Assembly (NCBI GenBank): GCA_053919585.1
Contig: CM132785.1
DNA length: 64,000 nucleotides
Origin: Euprymna scolopes
Taxonomy: Eukaryota
Direction: 5' to 3' (one strand)
Below the pieces are notes generated by a model. That model was not told the origin of the DNA, did not search any database, and was given only the letters and a program-made list of their open reading frames with translations. The translations under genes and the position numbers were made by a program. Of this stretch, positions 51,549-64,000 are shown one piece after another; within the stretch, counting starts at the first letter, position 1, and every line of letters begins with the position of its first letter.

Positions 51549-51844
51549 GACTATTGAAAAACGATGCATTAGCTGTAAGATATTAATTCTTATAGAAAAT
51601 ATTTCCATTGTGAACTGAACACTATGGTGATTTTTTTTATTATAGTCGTTTAGGTTTTTTTTTGTTTTGTTTTTTTTTCTTTTTTTTACTTTCTTGTACA
51701 CAGGTCATTAATCTTTGGTCTAAAATCTTTAGATTTCGTTGATTTTATATTTACTGGAAATATGCCAAGTATTTTTTTTTTTTTTTTGAATGAATATTTC
51801 TGGCTCAGATAGAATGAGCTGAATACGGTATAAATTAGAAAAAC

Positions 51845-51883
<39 letters not shown>

Positions 51884-51924
51884 GTGGTATTGCAGTAAAA
51901 TTCGACTCTTGATAAAAACTAAAC

Positions 51925-52658
51925 TAATACGAGGAGGTATCCAAGAGTGTGGTCAAGTTCTAGATGGACGAGATCACTGCCGGACGCACTTATGTCTTCC
52001 AACAGGACTCTGTTCAGGATATGACCTTAAACTATATCCAGTGGTGAGGCCCCAGCTTGCGGGCTTTGGGGAGTGTGGAGCCACTCTTTAATTGGCATTG
52101 CTTCCAGGTCCACTCTGACCCGGAGTGGTAGTACCTGTTAGGGTCCCTACTATGGGTTAAATAGAAACCGACTTGAAAACAACAAATATATTCTATTAAA
52201 AAAGTTTTCTTCAAAATCTTTGGATTCGGCATTAAATAACCTGAAAAGGGTTGATATGCCGTTAAAAAAAAACAACCAACCATCCAACAGGATTCTGTTT
52301 CTGCAGAGCAAAACCTATTTTGGCAGTTTTTCAACGATGTTTCTTACCACTGTTCACTGAACTTGTAACAGTGCCGTGCACCAGATAGGAACCCACCCTA
52401 TTCGTTCTTATTGGGGCATGATCGAGGGTAAGACCAACAAGTATGCCCACAACCCGGTTGACTTTGGAGGCTGCTATCATTGAGGGGTTTGTCACTATAG
52501 TCAAGGATATGGTCACCAAAGCGTGTGACTCATTTCACCACAGCAAGCGTCATTGAAAATTAATGTAACTAACTCTTGCTAAATAAACTGCCTGGTTTCT
52601 GCGTATATAACCTGCCGATTTTTTTTTATCATCAGGTATTGGATTTTCTGCAACACAG
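51925..52658 (+). mobile_element. Tc1/mariner relic (3' half) split by a SINE
   Basis: MDEITAGRTYVFQQDS before the SINE and WGMIEGKTNKYAHN after it; ends ...caacacag|TA. Related to 1045-1641 (AGRTWVWQQDS). Confidence 0.65.
52015..52282 (+). mobile_element. 5'-truncated SINE with 17-bp TSD
   Basis: TSD TCCAACAGGACTCTGTT (51998-52014) / TCCAACAGGATTCTGTT (52283-52299); tail gggttgatatgccgttaaaaaaaaacaaccaacca. Confidence 0.85.
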
Positions 52659-53092
52659 TATAATATATGGGAGGACGGCTTAAAAAGTATTTAACATGGA
52701 ACTTGAAGACTACATTAGTTTGCAAGAAGCAGTCCTGTAGCAATGCGTTCCAAAGAAAAAGATCTTGGAAATTCCGTTGTTTTAGATATACAGAAAGAAA
52801 GGCGAATTCCTAACAGTGATGTTTCAAGATAAGATTAGAAAAAATAACTTTAAAACCATATTCTCTTCAAAAATTGAATGACTATATTTTAATCTTAAAA
52901 CAATTTATAAAGTAATGTTTGTACTTGTTTAGCGAAAACAAGTTGTAATAGCATCTTCCTACACAAACAAGGCGGCCATTTTATCTCTTTTTAGAATGTC
53001 TGCAGGCATAAATCTGCCATGATGAGAATCAGTTATGGCAATAAATCAAAGACGTTACTTGTCTACTGAAATTCTGTGTAACAAGGAAAGAT

Positions 53093-53129
<37 letters not shown>

Positions 53130-53533
53130 AACTTTGTGTTCGAACAAAAAAAATGGCAATAAAATCTAACCCTAACCCACACAAGGTAGGAGGCCACATC
53201 TGTCATGTCCTATACCAGGGTTTCTCTTACCCATTCGACCTCTTTCCGTTTGGAGACCATTAACAAGTAAAATAACAGATTGGTATATGCATACGGTACT
53301 CAGGAGGATTACTATACAGGTGTAGATGAGGTTCCTCAGCCCGGCTAAAAGCGATACTTCTAGGAAAGAGAGGCGTAAAAAAAAAAACGAATAAACTGTC
53401 GACCCTGTATGTCTATCTTCTAATGATTGTCAAAATCTCCATTTATCATGAGTCAGCACAGAAGTAGTTAGGTTCAGAAAACTGTCATCGTTCCTACAAA
53501 ATGTAATCTAACAGACAAAACAAAATGCAAGTT

Positions 53534-53566
<33 letters not shown>

Positions 53567-55996
53567 GACAAAATATCGGCCAATAAAAATATCCTCATGC
53601 TCTGTGAACGTTCGCTTGTGTCCATTCACTGCACAGGCCATGATCGTCCACTCGTTGTGCAAGTCTCAATATCGTGCTCGATTCCGACCCTATGGTTTTG
53701 CCAATTTTTATATTTTTTATTTTTACATTGTTCCAACAAGTATTCTCCTTCAAAAATAAGGCAACTTTAGTTTAAAACACTAGTTTTATTTTTAAACTAG
53801 TTAAAACGATACTAGTTCCTTCTACTGAACAATAATGCACAGCAAAACAAACCTTACTTTCAGCCAAATATAAATAGTCTGTCCATTTTGAAGTATTAAT
53901 CTAGTATAGATTGGTTTTAATATCATAATTCAAATTTTTTATCATTTCTAATTATATTGCTTAGATCACGTACTATTTGCAATTCTGTGAGCTATGTGGT
54001 TTCAATGGCATTTCGGCTGCATCATCTTCTGTAAATGTGTGCAAATATTTGGCTAAGATATTTTCATCAGAAATGCATTGGTCGGTTAAATAGCTCTCAA
54101 AATTTCTAGATTTGAGTCCTTTTTCTTTTAAAAAAGACTTAAATTAGTTTCAATTTACAAAACCGTAGAATTTACAAACGATAGGATAGCTTCACACAAA
54201 TTAGAATCTTTTTAAAATAAATAGATGTACATAAGAAATTGCAACTTTTAGCTTGAAAAGCTTCACAGCTCATGTCTCCCGAGTAAGAAATATTTAGAAA
54301 AAAAAGTGAATATCAATTCGAACACTTATTGTATTTTATATATTAAATCCTTTATTAATTCAGACTTAGGCAAAAACTTATATATATTAGTAAACACACA
54401 CACACACACATATATATTTCAATTAATAGAAGCTTACTAGAGGCATGTAAGTTTCAGTGTAATATATGTATTAATGTTTATATTTATCCCAACCAAATAA
54501 AATCAGCAAATCTTTTAGCTCCGCTTATTGATATGATTTGCTAACGAGTTTTTTTTTTTCTCTGAAAAGAATCTTATATTCTTTGATCCTCTAGAATAAG
54601 GATATTTTATTGCTTTTCTCTATTGGAGGTATTCTGTCGAAAAATAATTCTTTAGGTGTAAATTTCCGGATTACAGTTTTTATTTATGCTTATGGTGTGC
54701 GTGTAAAATCTGCTTTCAGTACTTACATCAAGTGTTCAATACATAGAGCTAGATAGTAAGTTTTGTAAGTGTGTGTGTGTATGTATGTATATGTATGTAT
54801 ATATATATATATATATATATAAGCTACAGAATTTTCTGTTTCATCCTCGTGAGGGTCTATCATGTAAAGATAGCCGCACGGACGTAGGCCACTTTGGTTT
54901 TTGTCAACTAAGTTACATTTCCTTATTTCATTGACTATAGTTTTTCTTCTACTGTTACCACTGCCTAAACACACACACGCGCACTCTTTAGTCCACCGAT
55001 GTAGACCAAAGGAACAGTCAGAAGTTTTTTCTTTCAGAAAAGTGTATGACCTTCTGTGTGTCTATACGTCAGCAAATAGGGAAAGTATAACTATTCATAT
55101 TTTCGTATTAATTTTGTGTAATTTTTGTATTAATATAAAATGTCTCATTTACTAACGATCATCAGTGTGGCTCGTGTGTGTGAGTGAACTGTACAGCGAT
55201 CCAACGATTTGGATTCTAAGCGACTGTCGTGATAGCTATGTTAAAAAGAACTAAACCAATATTCATTTCTGAATATAGGAAGTCTGAAGTATTTAATCTC
55301 TCAAAGAGAGAGAGAGAACTTCTAATGTTGCATTATTTTTTTTTAGTGTTCATATATTTCAAAAGAAAGTTGGAAACTCACGTACACTTATATTTGTAGA
55401 TATCACTTCTGTTATATCCGATTTTATAGTTTGAAAAAGCTGTAATCTTTGTTCACTCGGGATTGTTAGTAATTTTGATGAATTTATTGCATGTAGCCAA
55501 GAGGTATTAAGTGACATGGTAAAGAATAAAAGCATTTTAGCTCCTTGAATGCTTCACATTTGAAAGACGTTCTTTTTTTCTCTCTTAATGCTAGGCTGGG
55601 GTGCCGGGTGTCTCCGCCCATTTCATTCCGGTGAGTAAGAGTTAGAACTTATTTTATCAGCTCTTCCTTCTGAAGCAAACAAGATACTTTCACATGCCTT
55701 TTAAGTGCTTGACTCTGATACTCTTCAAAGCTTTTTTTTTCTGTCTTGTTTAATTTCTTTTTATTAAGATATTTTAGTAAGTTATGAAAGAAAAATATAG
55801 CAGTTTTCTGCATTTCATTGCCCTAAGGACACGTTAGGATAAAATACATGGAACTCATGTTACCGAGTTTCGTATTGGTTTGAAAAAGGGGCATATTTTA
55901 AAATTATCTTCTTTTTTTTTTTTTTAATATTCATTCGACAATGAAAACATTAATCCATGAGCAGGAATAAGGAATCTTGTCGATCGGATAGCTAAC

Positions 55997-56137
55997 NNNN
56001 NNNNNNNNNNNNNNNNNNNNNNNNNNNNNNNNNNNNNNNNNNNNNNNNNNNNNNNNNNNNNNNNNNNNNNNNNNNNNNNNNNNNNNNNNNNNNNNNNNNN
56101 NNNNNNNNNNNNNNNNNNNNNNNNNNNNNNNNNNNNN
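55997..56137. other. Assembly gap (141 N)
   Basis: Run of n. Confidence 1.
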
Positions 56138-56799
56138 AAAGCAATATGAAACTTAGTTAACCTAGCGACTGATATCACTAATATATAAGTAGTATATAAA
56201 AAAATGTCGCTTATGTAAAATGGAATTAACTTTAAATATGGAGTTATAACTATACTTTTGGTGCGAGAAATATTCCCAACATTCACATGTATTCATTTCG
56301 ACTATGTTTGAAACTTATTTCTGAAAGAAAAAAGTTTTAAGGAAAGCTATTAATACGAGCTAAACAAATTCTCGACATATGTTTCATATAAAACATGTTA
56401 AATTAAAAAATAAAAACAATCGTCTTTATGCACAAGACGTTATGGAATCTAATTTTGTTCCATAAAAATTTTTAAAAATATAAAGTAAAATATTTTTAAT
56501 TAAAAACAAATAAGAAACTCTTTTGCAATTCAGCCAAAAACTGAACATTTTATTTTTTTCCATCTTTAATAAGCTCATCAGAGTTGGGCAGTAGGAAGAA
56601 TTAACATCAATAATTAAATGCAAATTTTCAATTTGAACAACAAAACGCTAATGTGTTAGATTTGCTAATGTCTATCACAATGTAAATTAAGTTAGCACCC
56701 AAGTTGATTGGCACAGATGCTCTTCAAATATTTAATTAGATGCATATTTCCTCATCTCTTTGGTCTAAAACTGCAGGTGTATATATACGTGTGTCTGTA

Positions 56800-56846
<47 letters not shown>

Positions 56847-58185
56847 CACATTGAATTTTATAAATTTGTTCATCACTGCAATATTTATGGCCTCCATTTA
56901 GTTTGGATACGATGGATATCCTTGTGGAAGTAGTTGCATGTATAATTGTAAAGTAAGAGTTGCGCAATCTCAACCACAGCTCAGTCGGCACTGGTTAATT
57001 CCAGTGGCAAGGAGAAGTCGGTATCGATTCCAAACAATGTCTAACTATAACATATGAAGGCGTAAGTATAGAATAAAAATTTCAAATAAATTAGGAAATG
57101 GTTTATTTTGATTAAGCTTACTTGGTCTATTGTTAGTGAATTTCACTGGGAAGAAAAGTAAAATTTAAAATGTTCTTTATAATTTTTTTTTTTTTTAATA
57201 TAATCCATCTATATATTACTATGCTTATTCCTTCCTTGGTCCATACGTTACTCTTTAAAAAAAGGCTAAATTGCTTCGAAAAAGCTAAATCTGCAAAATT
57301 TGTTTTTAAAAAGCCAATTTGGCAACTCTGGACAAGAATGAATAACCTCGCTTTGATGTAGCTTCGTTTTCGAATATCATATATTGTAATGGTGTGAGAA
57401 AGGAACGCCTAATATTGGTGCACAGATTCTTTACCACCGAAAAGGAATTGGTGAAACCTTATGTAAAAAAAGAAACTGGACAAGAAAAGAAAATTCTTCC
57501 AAGAGGTGCTGGACTGAAAGTGTTAAAGATTGTCTCTTGCAGTGTGATTTAATTATTTGTATATGTAGCTAAGTAGCACAATATTACTTTCCGAATAGTT
57601 ATTAGTATTTATTGATTTATCTTATTTTGATCAGTTTTATATTTAAAGCACAATAGACATTATTTTCATAGAAATATTAAACTCATTTGCTGCGTTATTA
57701 GTTTTTCTGTCTAAAAAAAAAAAAAAACTTGAGTTACAGAAAAATAGATTAATATTTCTCATTTTATGGAATTTCCACATGTCCTGCTAGTAAGGAATAT
57801 CTTGCTTGCTTTGTTTTGTTGGCTGCTACAAATCCAGAGACTTAAACAAAAATCAGTTTAAGATTTAGGTTGACTAGAATGAATGCTTACATGAATATCA
57901 TTCTGGTTGGATCTGTCATGCGTGCTTTATGCTTAAAACAATTTTAATACAAAAAAAAAGGTTTATTTTATAATAGCAAATGTTACCTTTTTAATGCAAA
58001 AAAGGTTTTATTTCTTTATAGCATATGTTACCTGGATTTCACTCTTGCTTTATTGGTTTTTGGTTTACTCATCAAATATTTCTTTGATTCAACACATTTT
58101 AAGTGGATTTATTTTCATGAATTTCATTGGAAGAAAGATGTTCTTTAAACAATTTTAAAATAACACAAGACAATTTTTTTTTTAT

Positions 58186-58400
58186 TAGGGAGTTACCACT
58201 TTTCAAGGGACAAAGGTTACTCGAGGATAAGGTTTAATGAATGTAGGATGGTAGTGTAGTAATCACTAATGATGTAATTTGATTACAAAATTAAAAAATT
58301 AAAAAAAGAATTTGATTATTTATCGGGACGGCTCAGCAAGAACTTGTTTACATTGGATTTGAAAACTACCACATTGTATTCAACCGAGAAATGGGCCAGC
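58186..58400 (-). mobile_element. 3' end of CR1-group LINE
   Basis: poly-T then ggagttaccacttttcaagggacaaaggttactcgaggataaggtttaatga, the same 3' UTR family. Confidence 0.7.
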
Positions 58401-59688
58401 GGAACAGTTAATTGATACAAGAACTGTATTTTTCATCTCTTGTATCTGCATTGCTTGATATTAATAGGTAGTTTCTGATGACTAGAAATGATGCCTAGAT
58501 ATTAAGAACTCTCTCAACATACAGCAACAGGTATTCCCAGTTCTGAATGTGTTTTCTTGACTCTGAATGATGAAACTGTCATAATTGCTTTTTATCTAAG
58601 TACTTAGATTTGTTCAGCAAGATGCATATTTACAGATGCGGTTATCAAAGATGTTTGGATTTTTTTTTCATCCCAACCCCCTTCTAGGAAGTTACCTATG
58701 TTACTTTAAAAGGCATTGAAGAATATTATAGCTATTATTAAAATTTATTATATGACTTTTAGCCCGTTAAAAACTGGCAAGTTATTGCCCGTTAACTTAA
58801 AATTATTGATTTATTCCAAACTGATAGTTGATTAAATTTGTTCTCATTTTAGCTTTAAATACTAATCCATATTAATTTGTAACTGTGCATCGGATAACAA
58901 TACTAAGTTCGCTGCACTTTATAACAAAGGTCCATACAAAATGTCCGCAAGATCGATCCAGTAGTTTCGACTAAAAATGAAATGGAGGGACTAAGAAATA
59001 TAATATAGGAATTTATTCAATTAGTAGTGGTTCTTGTATATGAAGTTTGCTTATGTTCGATAATAGTTGTCTACTAAAAATTTTCGAAATTGGGAATGGA
59101 GACTAGAATGTTGGTTAGTAAGAGGTTCTGCAAGACTTGCACCACTTAACACTGTACTTTTAAGAAATCCCATTGACAGAACTAACGGCTATATGACACA
59201 TTTAAGACGTACCATTTGGAATATTCTTTTTCTATTCAAATATGTACAAGCTGTCTGTTATTTCATGTAATCTTTAATACACACGCACTAAAAAGTATGC
59301 ATATCATGTGCTAGTTGATGGATGGTTCACTCATGATCCTGGATGATAAGTTAAATTTCTTTCCTCCACATTTTATGATGTTCTGCAGGTGACCTATGCC
59401 AATAAACGCTTCGTGATCATGAACATAAATTTTACATTTGTGAAAACAGCTGTGTCACTTAAAAAGTAACGGTTAAATAATTGTTTCCAAAGTCCAGATG
59501 ATGCAGAATTGATAAGATGCAGAGAAGAAATTGATGCTGAATTATGTAAACGAGTTGAAATTCCATGGTGCTTTCTACATGTCTGTTTTAATTTGATGCT
59601 AATGATTTGGAAATGTCTGCCAAGATCAATATTAAAAACGAAATTTTTTTTGTAAAAAAAAAAGCCATTGTTAACTACTTATTTACAA

Positions 59689-60373
59689 CTAGCGGGGGTA
59701 CCCGGCGTTGCCCGAGTGTTTGTTTCCGGGACGGGGGGGGGGAGTTTTAAAAAATGTTATGGTAGGTAAGTAGGAAGGATCAAACCCGGAGTCATGAGTA
59801 AAGGTAGGAAAATAAAGTGTGAAAAAAAAACAAAAAAAACATCTGCAACGTTAACAGTTCGGCCACCAAGAAAAGTCCATTCCAGTTGTTTAGGAAAAAA
59901 AAAAAAAAAAAAAAAAAAAACGACTACGGTAGGTCGGCGCGAACGTGAAAATATAATGTAAATTGTCCAGCACGCTAACCACTACGCCACAGAGCACTGC
60001 AGCTTAGTTTAGTGATTTTAAATAACTTCACATGAAAGAACTACGAAGCCAAACCGGTGTTCTCTTCTCAACTGTTCCTTGTGAACGATCCCCAAACGGT
60101 GTTAAGTGGTGGCAGGGGGAGGAGGAATTTATTAGAGAGAAAATATTTTACCACTTCCATTGATCTTAACCGATTTTGGCCGTGACTTCTCAGCAGAAAA
60201 AGTATAGAAATCTAAGATTATCGAGGAATTTGAGAAATAATAAGCCTATAACACACCTCAGATATTGTTCTGCCGTTTGTGCATATTATATTTGCATGAA
60301 ATATCTTGATTTTTAATCCTATTAATGTCAAAATCAGACTGGAAAAAATGAGTTCATTTTATTTATATAGAGA
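59689..60373 (-). mobile_element. Complete 685-bp non-autonomous Helitron
   Basis: On the minus strand, A|TCTCTATATAAAT start at 60373 and CTCGGGCAACGCCGGG hairpin plus CTAG|T at 59689. Confidence 0.85.
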
Positions 60374-61424
60374 TAGCAACTGAAGTTGTCTAATCATGTC
60401 CCTGTTTGAAGCATATTGCTGATATCTGCTACATACAACAAAGCTGTTGAAAGGTTGACATCGGGTTATAAAGATACAGAAAGTGTATATGTATTTGGAA
60501 TGAGCAAATAAGGATGTATTCAATAAAATTGCGCTTACTTTCGAATCTAATGGCACCTTGCACCCAAAGAAATTAGTTCCTGAAAAATAAAACTGGGAAA
60601 TAATTTCCTTTCGTTTCTTTTCTCTTAAGGGAGAATATAAAAACTTGGAAGAATCCTTTTTTAAAAAAAAATATTTCCATTCCTGTTAAGTTTTTGAAGA
60701 TGCTAGCATCATTTTCATCTCTTTGAGAATAAAAGACTGGGGGGAACGGTTGAAAAGGACCAACATTGGAATGCGATAGAAGTAAATATAGATTTCCTAG
60801 GGAAGGGAGGTTGAAAAATACCATTTTATGAGTGGATAAAAATGATTTATATGGTGAAAACGGAACTTATTTAATTTAAAAAAAGTAATCGATTTTTTCC
60901 CCTGATAATACCATTTTTGCCAATAGAATTCACGGCGAACAGGTGCACTTTTTTGTCTATTGCGTATGTTTTTTTTTTTTTTGTTTTTTTGTTTTTTCGT
61001 GGATGTTTTGTTTCTAGATCTGTTTATGGCTTTGCTACTGTTTTTATTTTCCATTATTTTTATTCCATCTAAAGTATCATTCGTCTACGCTGAACTATAA
61101 TTTTGCAAATTATACCTTTCATTCCTTCGCTAGGTGTATTTACCGGCGTTGCCCGGGAGTCTTACTTTCATTTTCTTTTCACTAGCTTACCTCTCCTCCA
61201 TCCATACATACACAAACACCCATTTTACCTAATTTATTGTAAGAAAATATTTACACTTTTGGAGATATAATTCAATGAAGACATGCATTATTAAGGAAAA
61301 TCGGCTTTGCAATGAAATCGATAGAATGTTTTACGAAATGTGGAAATTTAAGCAGCATAACTATAGTTTTGAGTTTCTTTTTCCGCCGACAAAACTGTAC
61401 GAAATATAACAATTGTTGGTTATT

Positions 61425-61959
61425 TCTATTATATAAGTCACTTTGTGTGTGTTCCTTCCCCAAGATTCCGAAACGGCTGAACCAATCTTTTGCAAATTTC
61501 ACACAAAGGTATATTATATTTCTGGCAGTGTTCTTGGGTATGTTTTGTACAGAAATTCATCCGGTAAGTATCGAAAATCGAAAAAGTCCGATCCTTAGTC
61601 TTTGTTCTCTTATTAAAAAAAAAAATCTTTATTGGGAAATATTTTACGTCGCACCGGTGTAACGTTGGCCAGTGTAACGTACAATATTTTCCTGTTCAAT
61701 TTTTTTTATATCAAAAGAGAAGACGCTTAAGATCGTCAAGCTCAAATATAATTGACGTAATATTTTAAACAGAGGCGGAATTTGATGAACATTATCTTTA
61801 TTTTATTTTTATTTGTGCGATTTAATCAACCGGGCAAATTATTCTTCGTAAAATATTATGTTCAGTATAAGATTGGTTTTATAATACATACGCAATCTGC
61901 ATAAATTAAAATGTGTTTAAGCGTACTGTACGACCAGGCAACGCCGGGCATCCAGCTAA
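61425..61959 (+). mobile_element. Non-autonomous Helitron, back-to-back with an opposite 3' end at 61130
   Basis: TCTATTATATAA start and CCAGGCAACGCCGGGCATCCAGCTAA|T end. The opposing end is CTAG...ACCGGCGTTGCCCGG at 61130-61157. Confidence 0.7.
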
Positions 61960-62390
61960 TATAAAATAGAGCAGTTGTTCACACGCATTTCTAGGACGAC
62001 CCTAATCATGCACCTTAATACACGAATGACTTAATTGTATTGGTAAAGGTTTTTATTGTCCTGGGTAGAAAGAAAATATCCTTTCATGCAGTTTGACAGC
62101 TACTGCTTTGACCTGATTGATCAGCGCGAAGACTAACGCGGAGATATAAAATTGTGCTTATGTCTGCCACGTACAACCAAGCTGCTGAAAGGTTGACGTC
62201 CAGTTATCTTAGAAGTGCCAAGCTGTAATGGGGAAAAATAGACAATTCTTTGTAAACAATTTTTAATTAAAAAAATAAATAAACAAAAAGGTTCGGATTA
62301 TCTAATAAAATTCCCCGCAGTAAATAGATTTTAGAAATGTAATTAAATTTAGCATACAAGTTTTTATGAATGAAAATTTGGAATTGAACT

Positions 62391-62423
<33 letters not shown>

Positions 62424-63659
62424 CTGCTAAATCGCGCCACACCGAATCTCGACATCCTATAAAAACTCAACACACAGACTGCACACAAACTGGTTTGTCC
62501 TAATTTTTAACCACACGCATCATAATTGGTCTCATAGTCCATTATCCATTCTGGGCGTCTTCGTTCACGATGCGACCGTCATATCTGTTCTTCGTGCAGA
62601 ATTTCAACTTCGTCTGCTGGTAAGGAAACTCTCTGTATGTCTAACATGTGACGTGGCATTCAAAAAATGTTAACACACTGCTGCCAAAAACCGCACTACT
62701 TTGAATCGCGACATCTCTGCTGTCAAAACTTTGCACATAAACAGGTTGGTTCTAATTTTTAATCACGTGAACTTTATGCCAATTGTAACGTATACCAAGA
62801 AACGTATTTTAAAAGTATTACTCCATAATAGAATAAATTATAGAATAATTATATGACCAATTACATGTACAGACATAACCTAATGCTAAAGCCTGTGATG
62901 CTACTGAAACTGACATGACGCACACCCTTCTCAGCAGGTTTAGTTCCGGCCCACTCAAGTTGGTAGGTAATGATCGACCCTACTTGCAACCTTTTCAAGA
63001 TTCTGCAACTTAACGAAATCATTTCCAATCAACTAAACAATATTAACTAAAAAAAAAATTCCAAGCGCGTAAACGACATAGCTCGCATACCGGTTATTCA
63101 TAATGGGATGTCCGCTGTTAAATAAAATTCACTCACTTCATTGAAGTCGATGTGTGAGGTTCTTTTTGACTTGATAAGACACAGGTGGAGGGTTAGGGTT
63201 AGTGACAGGAAAAATAAGAAAAAGATGGCAATGCCATATGTCTCGCTTCCTCTTTTTCCTGTTGCTTATTAGGTTAAGTGTGGCCTCTTTAAACCACATC
63301 ACACAGCTGAAACCTAAACTCACTTATACCAGGCGGTGTGTGTGTGTGTGACGAAAAGAGATGAATGTTGGTAGATTCTAGGGTCTGATTAGCTAGACCC
63401 TTTTGTCTGACCGAGATATGGTTCGGTCATAGGCCGCCATCATCTTAGACACACACGTGTTTATTACAGATCATGCAGCATCGATACCATTCGTTTCTAA
63501 TCCATACAAGAGACCTATAGTTCCCTTCAACATCTGTTTACGTTTGTCTCTTCCATGGCGACATTAACAAAGACTGAAGATAGTGCAGCATAGGAGACCA
63601 ACAGTAGATTCGCTTTTGCTTGCAGTTGAAACTGGCGATGCTGATGTTCTGCTTTTCTG

Positions 63660-63705
<46 letters not shown>

Positions 63706-64000
63706 CGCTTTTAATTTTCTAGGATTCTCCCACTACCCCCCCTCTCACACACATTTTAGTAATTCGCCTATTTTTAATGTATGTTATTTTATTTGGATAT
63801 TTAAGCAGAATACGGCTGTGCTTAAATAACGTTATTTGGAAAACCATTCGTAACATGGGAAAATGAGCTTTTCGTTATAATCAATCCCGTACTTTTACCA
63901 AACTATCTAATAGACAAGATAGCGTGAAAATTGAATTGAACCCTTAATGAATTATGATGTAGATGATTAAAAAAAAATTAATTTTAGAGGGCGGCGTACT

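Larger units (their letters stand above)
15527..64000 (+). other. Very large intron of the cadherin gene (>48 kb, next exon not seen)
   Basis: GTAAGT donor, and no further cadherin-like ORF in the six-frame track. A short exon or one inside the N gaps cannot be excluded. Confidence 0.65.

Noticed and set aside
46633-63829. Numerous 60-120 aa ORFs rich in YI/F/K runs
   Set aside because: Translations of (TA)n, poly-T and poly-A tracts; expected by chance.

Overview
AT-rich, intron-containing animal genomic DNA, not prokaryotic: no operons, CRISPR arrays or intact rRNA/tRNA genes. The SINE, RTE and Penelope relics and abundant (TA)n tracts resemble octopod cephalopod repeats, but that assignment is from memory and tentative. 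The only host gene supported is the first large coding exon of a dachsous-type atypical cadherin (+ strand, CDS 13796-15526: signal peptide, EC1-EC5 and start of EC6). It is followed by an intron that appears to run to the end of the window (>48 kb). Upstream lies a full-length but disabled Sola2-type DNA transposon (2621-8397; ~740-bp TIRs, ACGT TSD, frameshifted DDD transposase). The rest is transposon debris: non-autonomous Helitrons, a Helentron/DINE-1-like element, CR1-group and RTE LINE fragments, Tc1/mariner relics, SINEs, 5S-derived pseudogenes, minisatellites and two assembly gaps. Most notable: (i) a four-level nest at 43.9-44.8 kb, where a Helentron-type element carries tandem U2 snRNA 5' fragments, one interrupted by an 89-bp insert with a perfect 16-bp TSD; (ii) a minimal type I hammerhead ribozyme core at 37339-37403; (iii) intron read-through of the cadherin exon into a hydrophobic tail followed by AATAAA. 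All alignments were done by eye.
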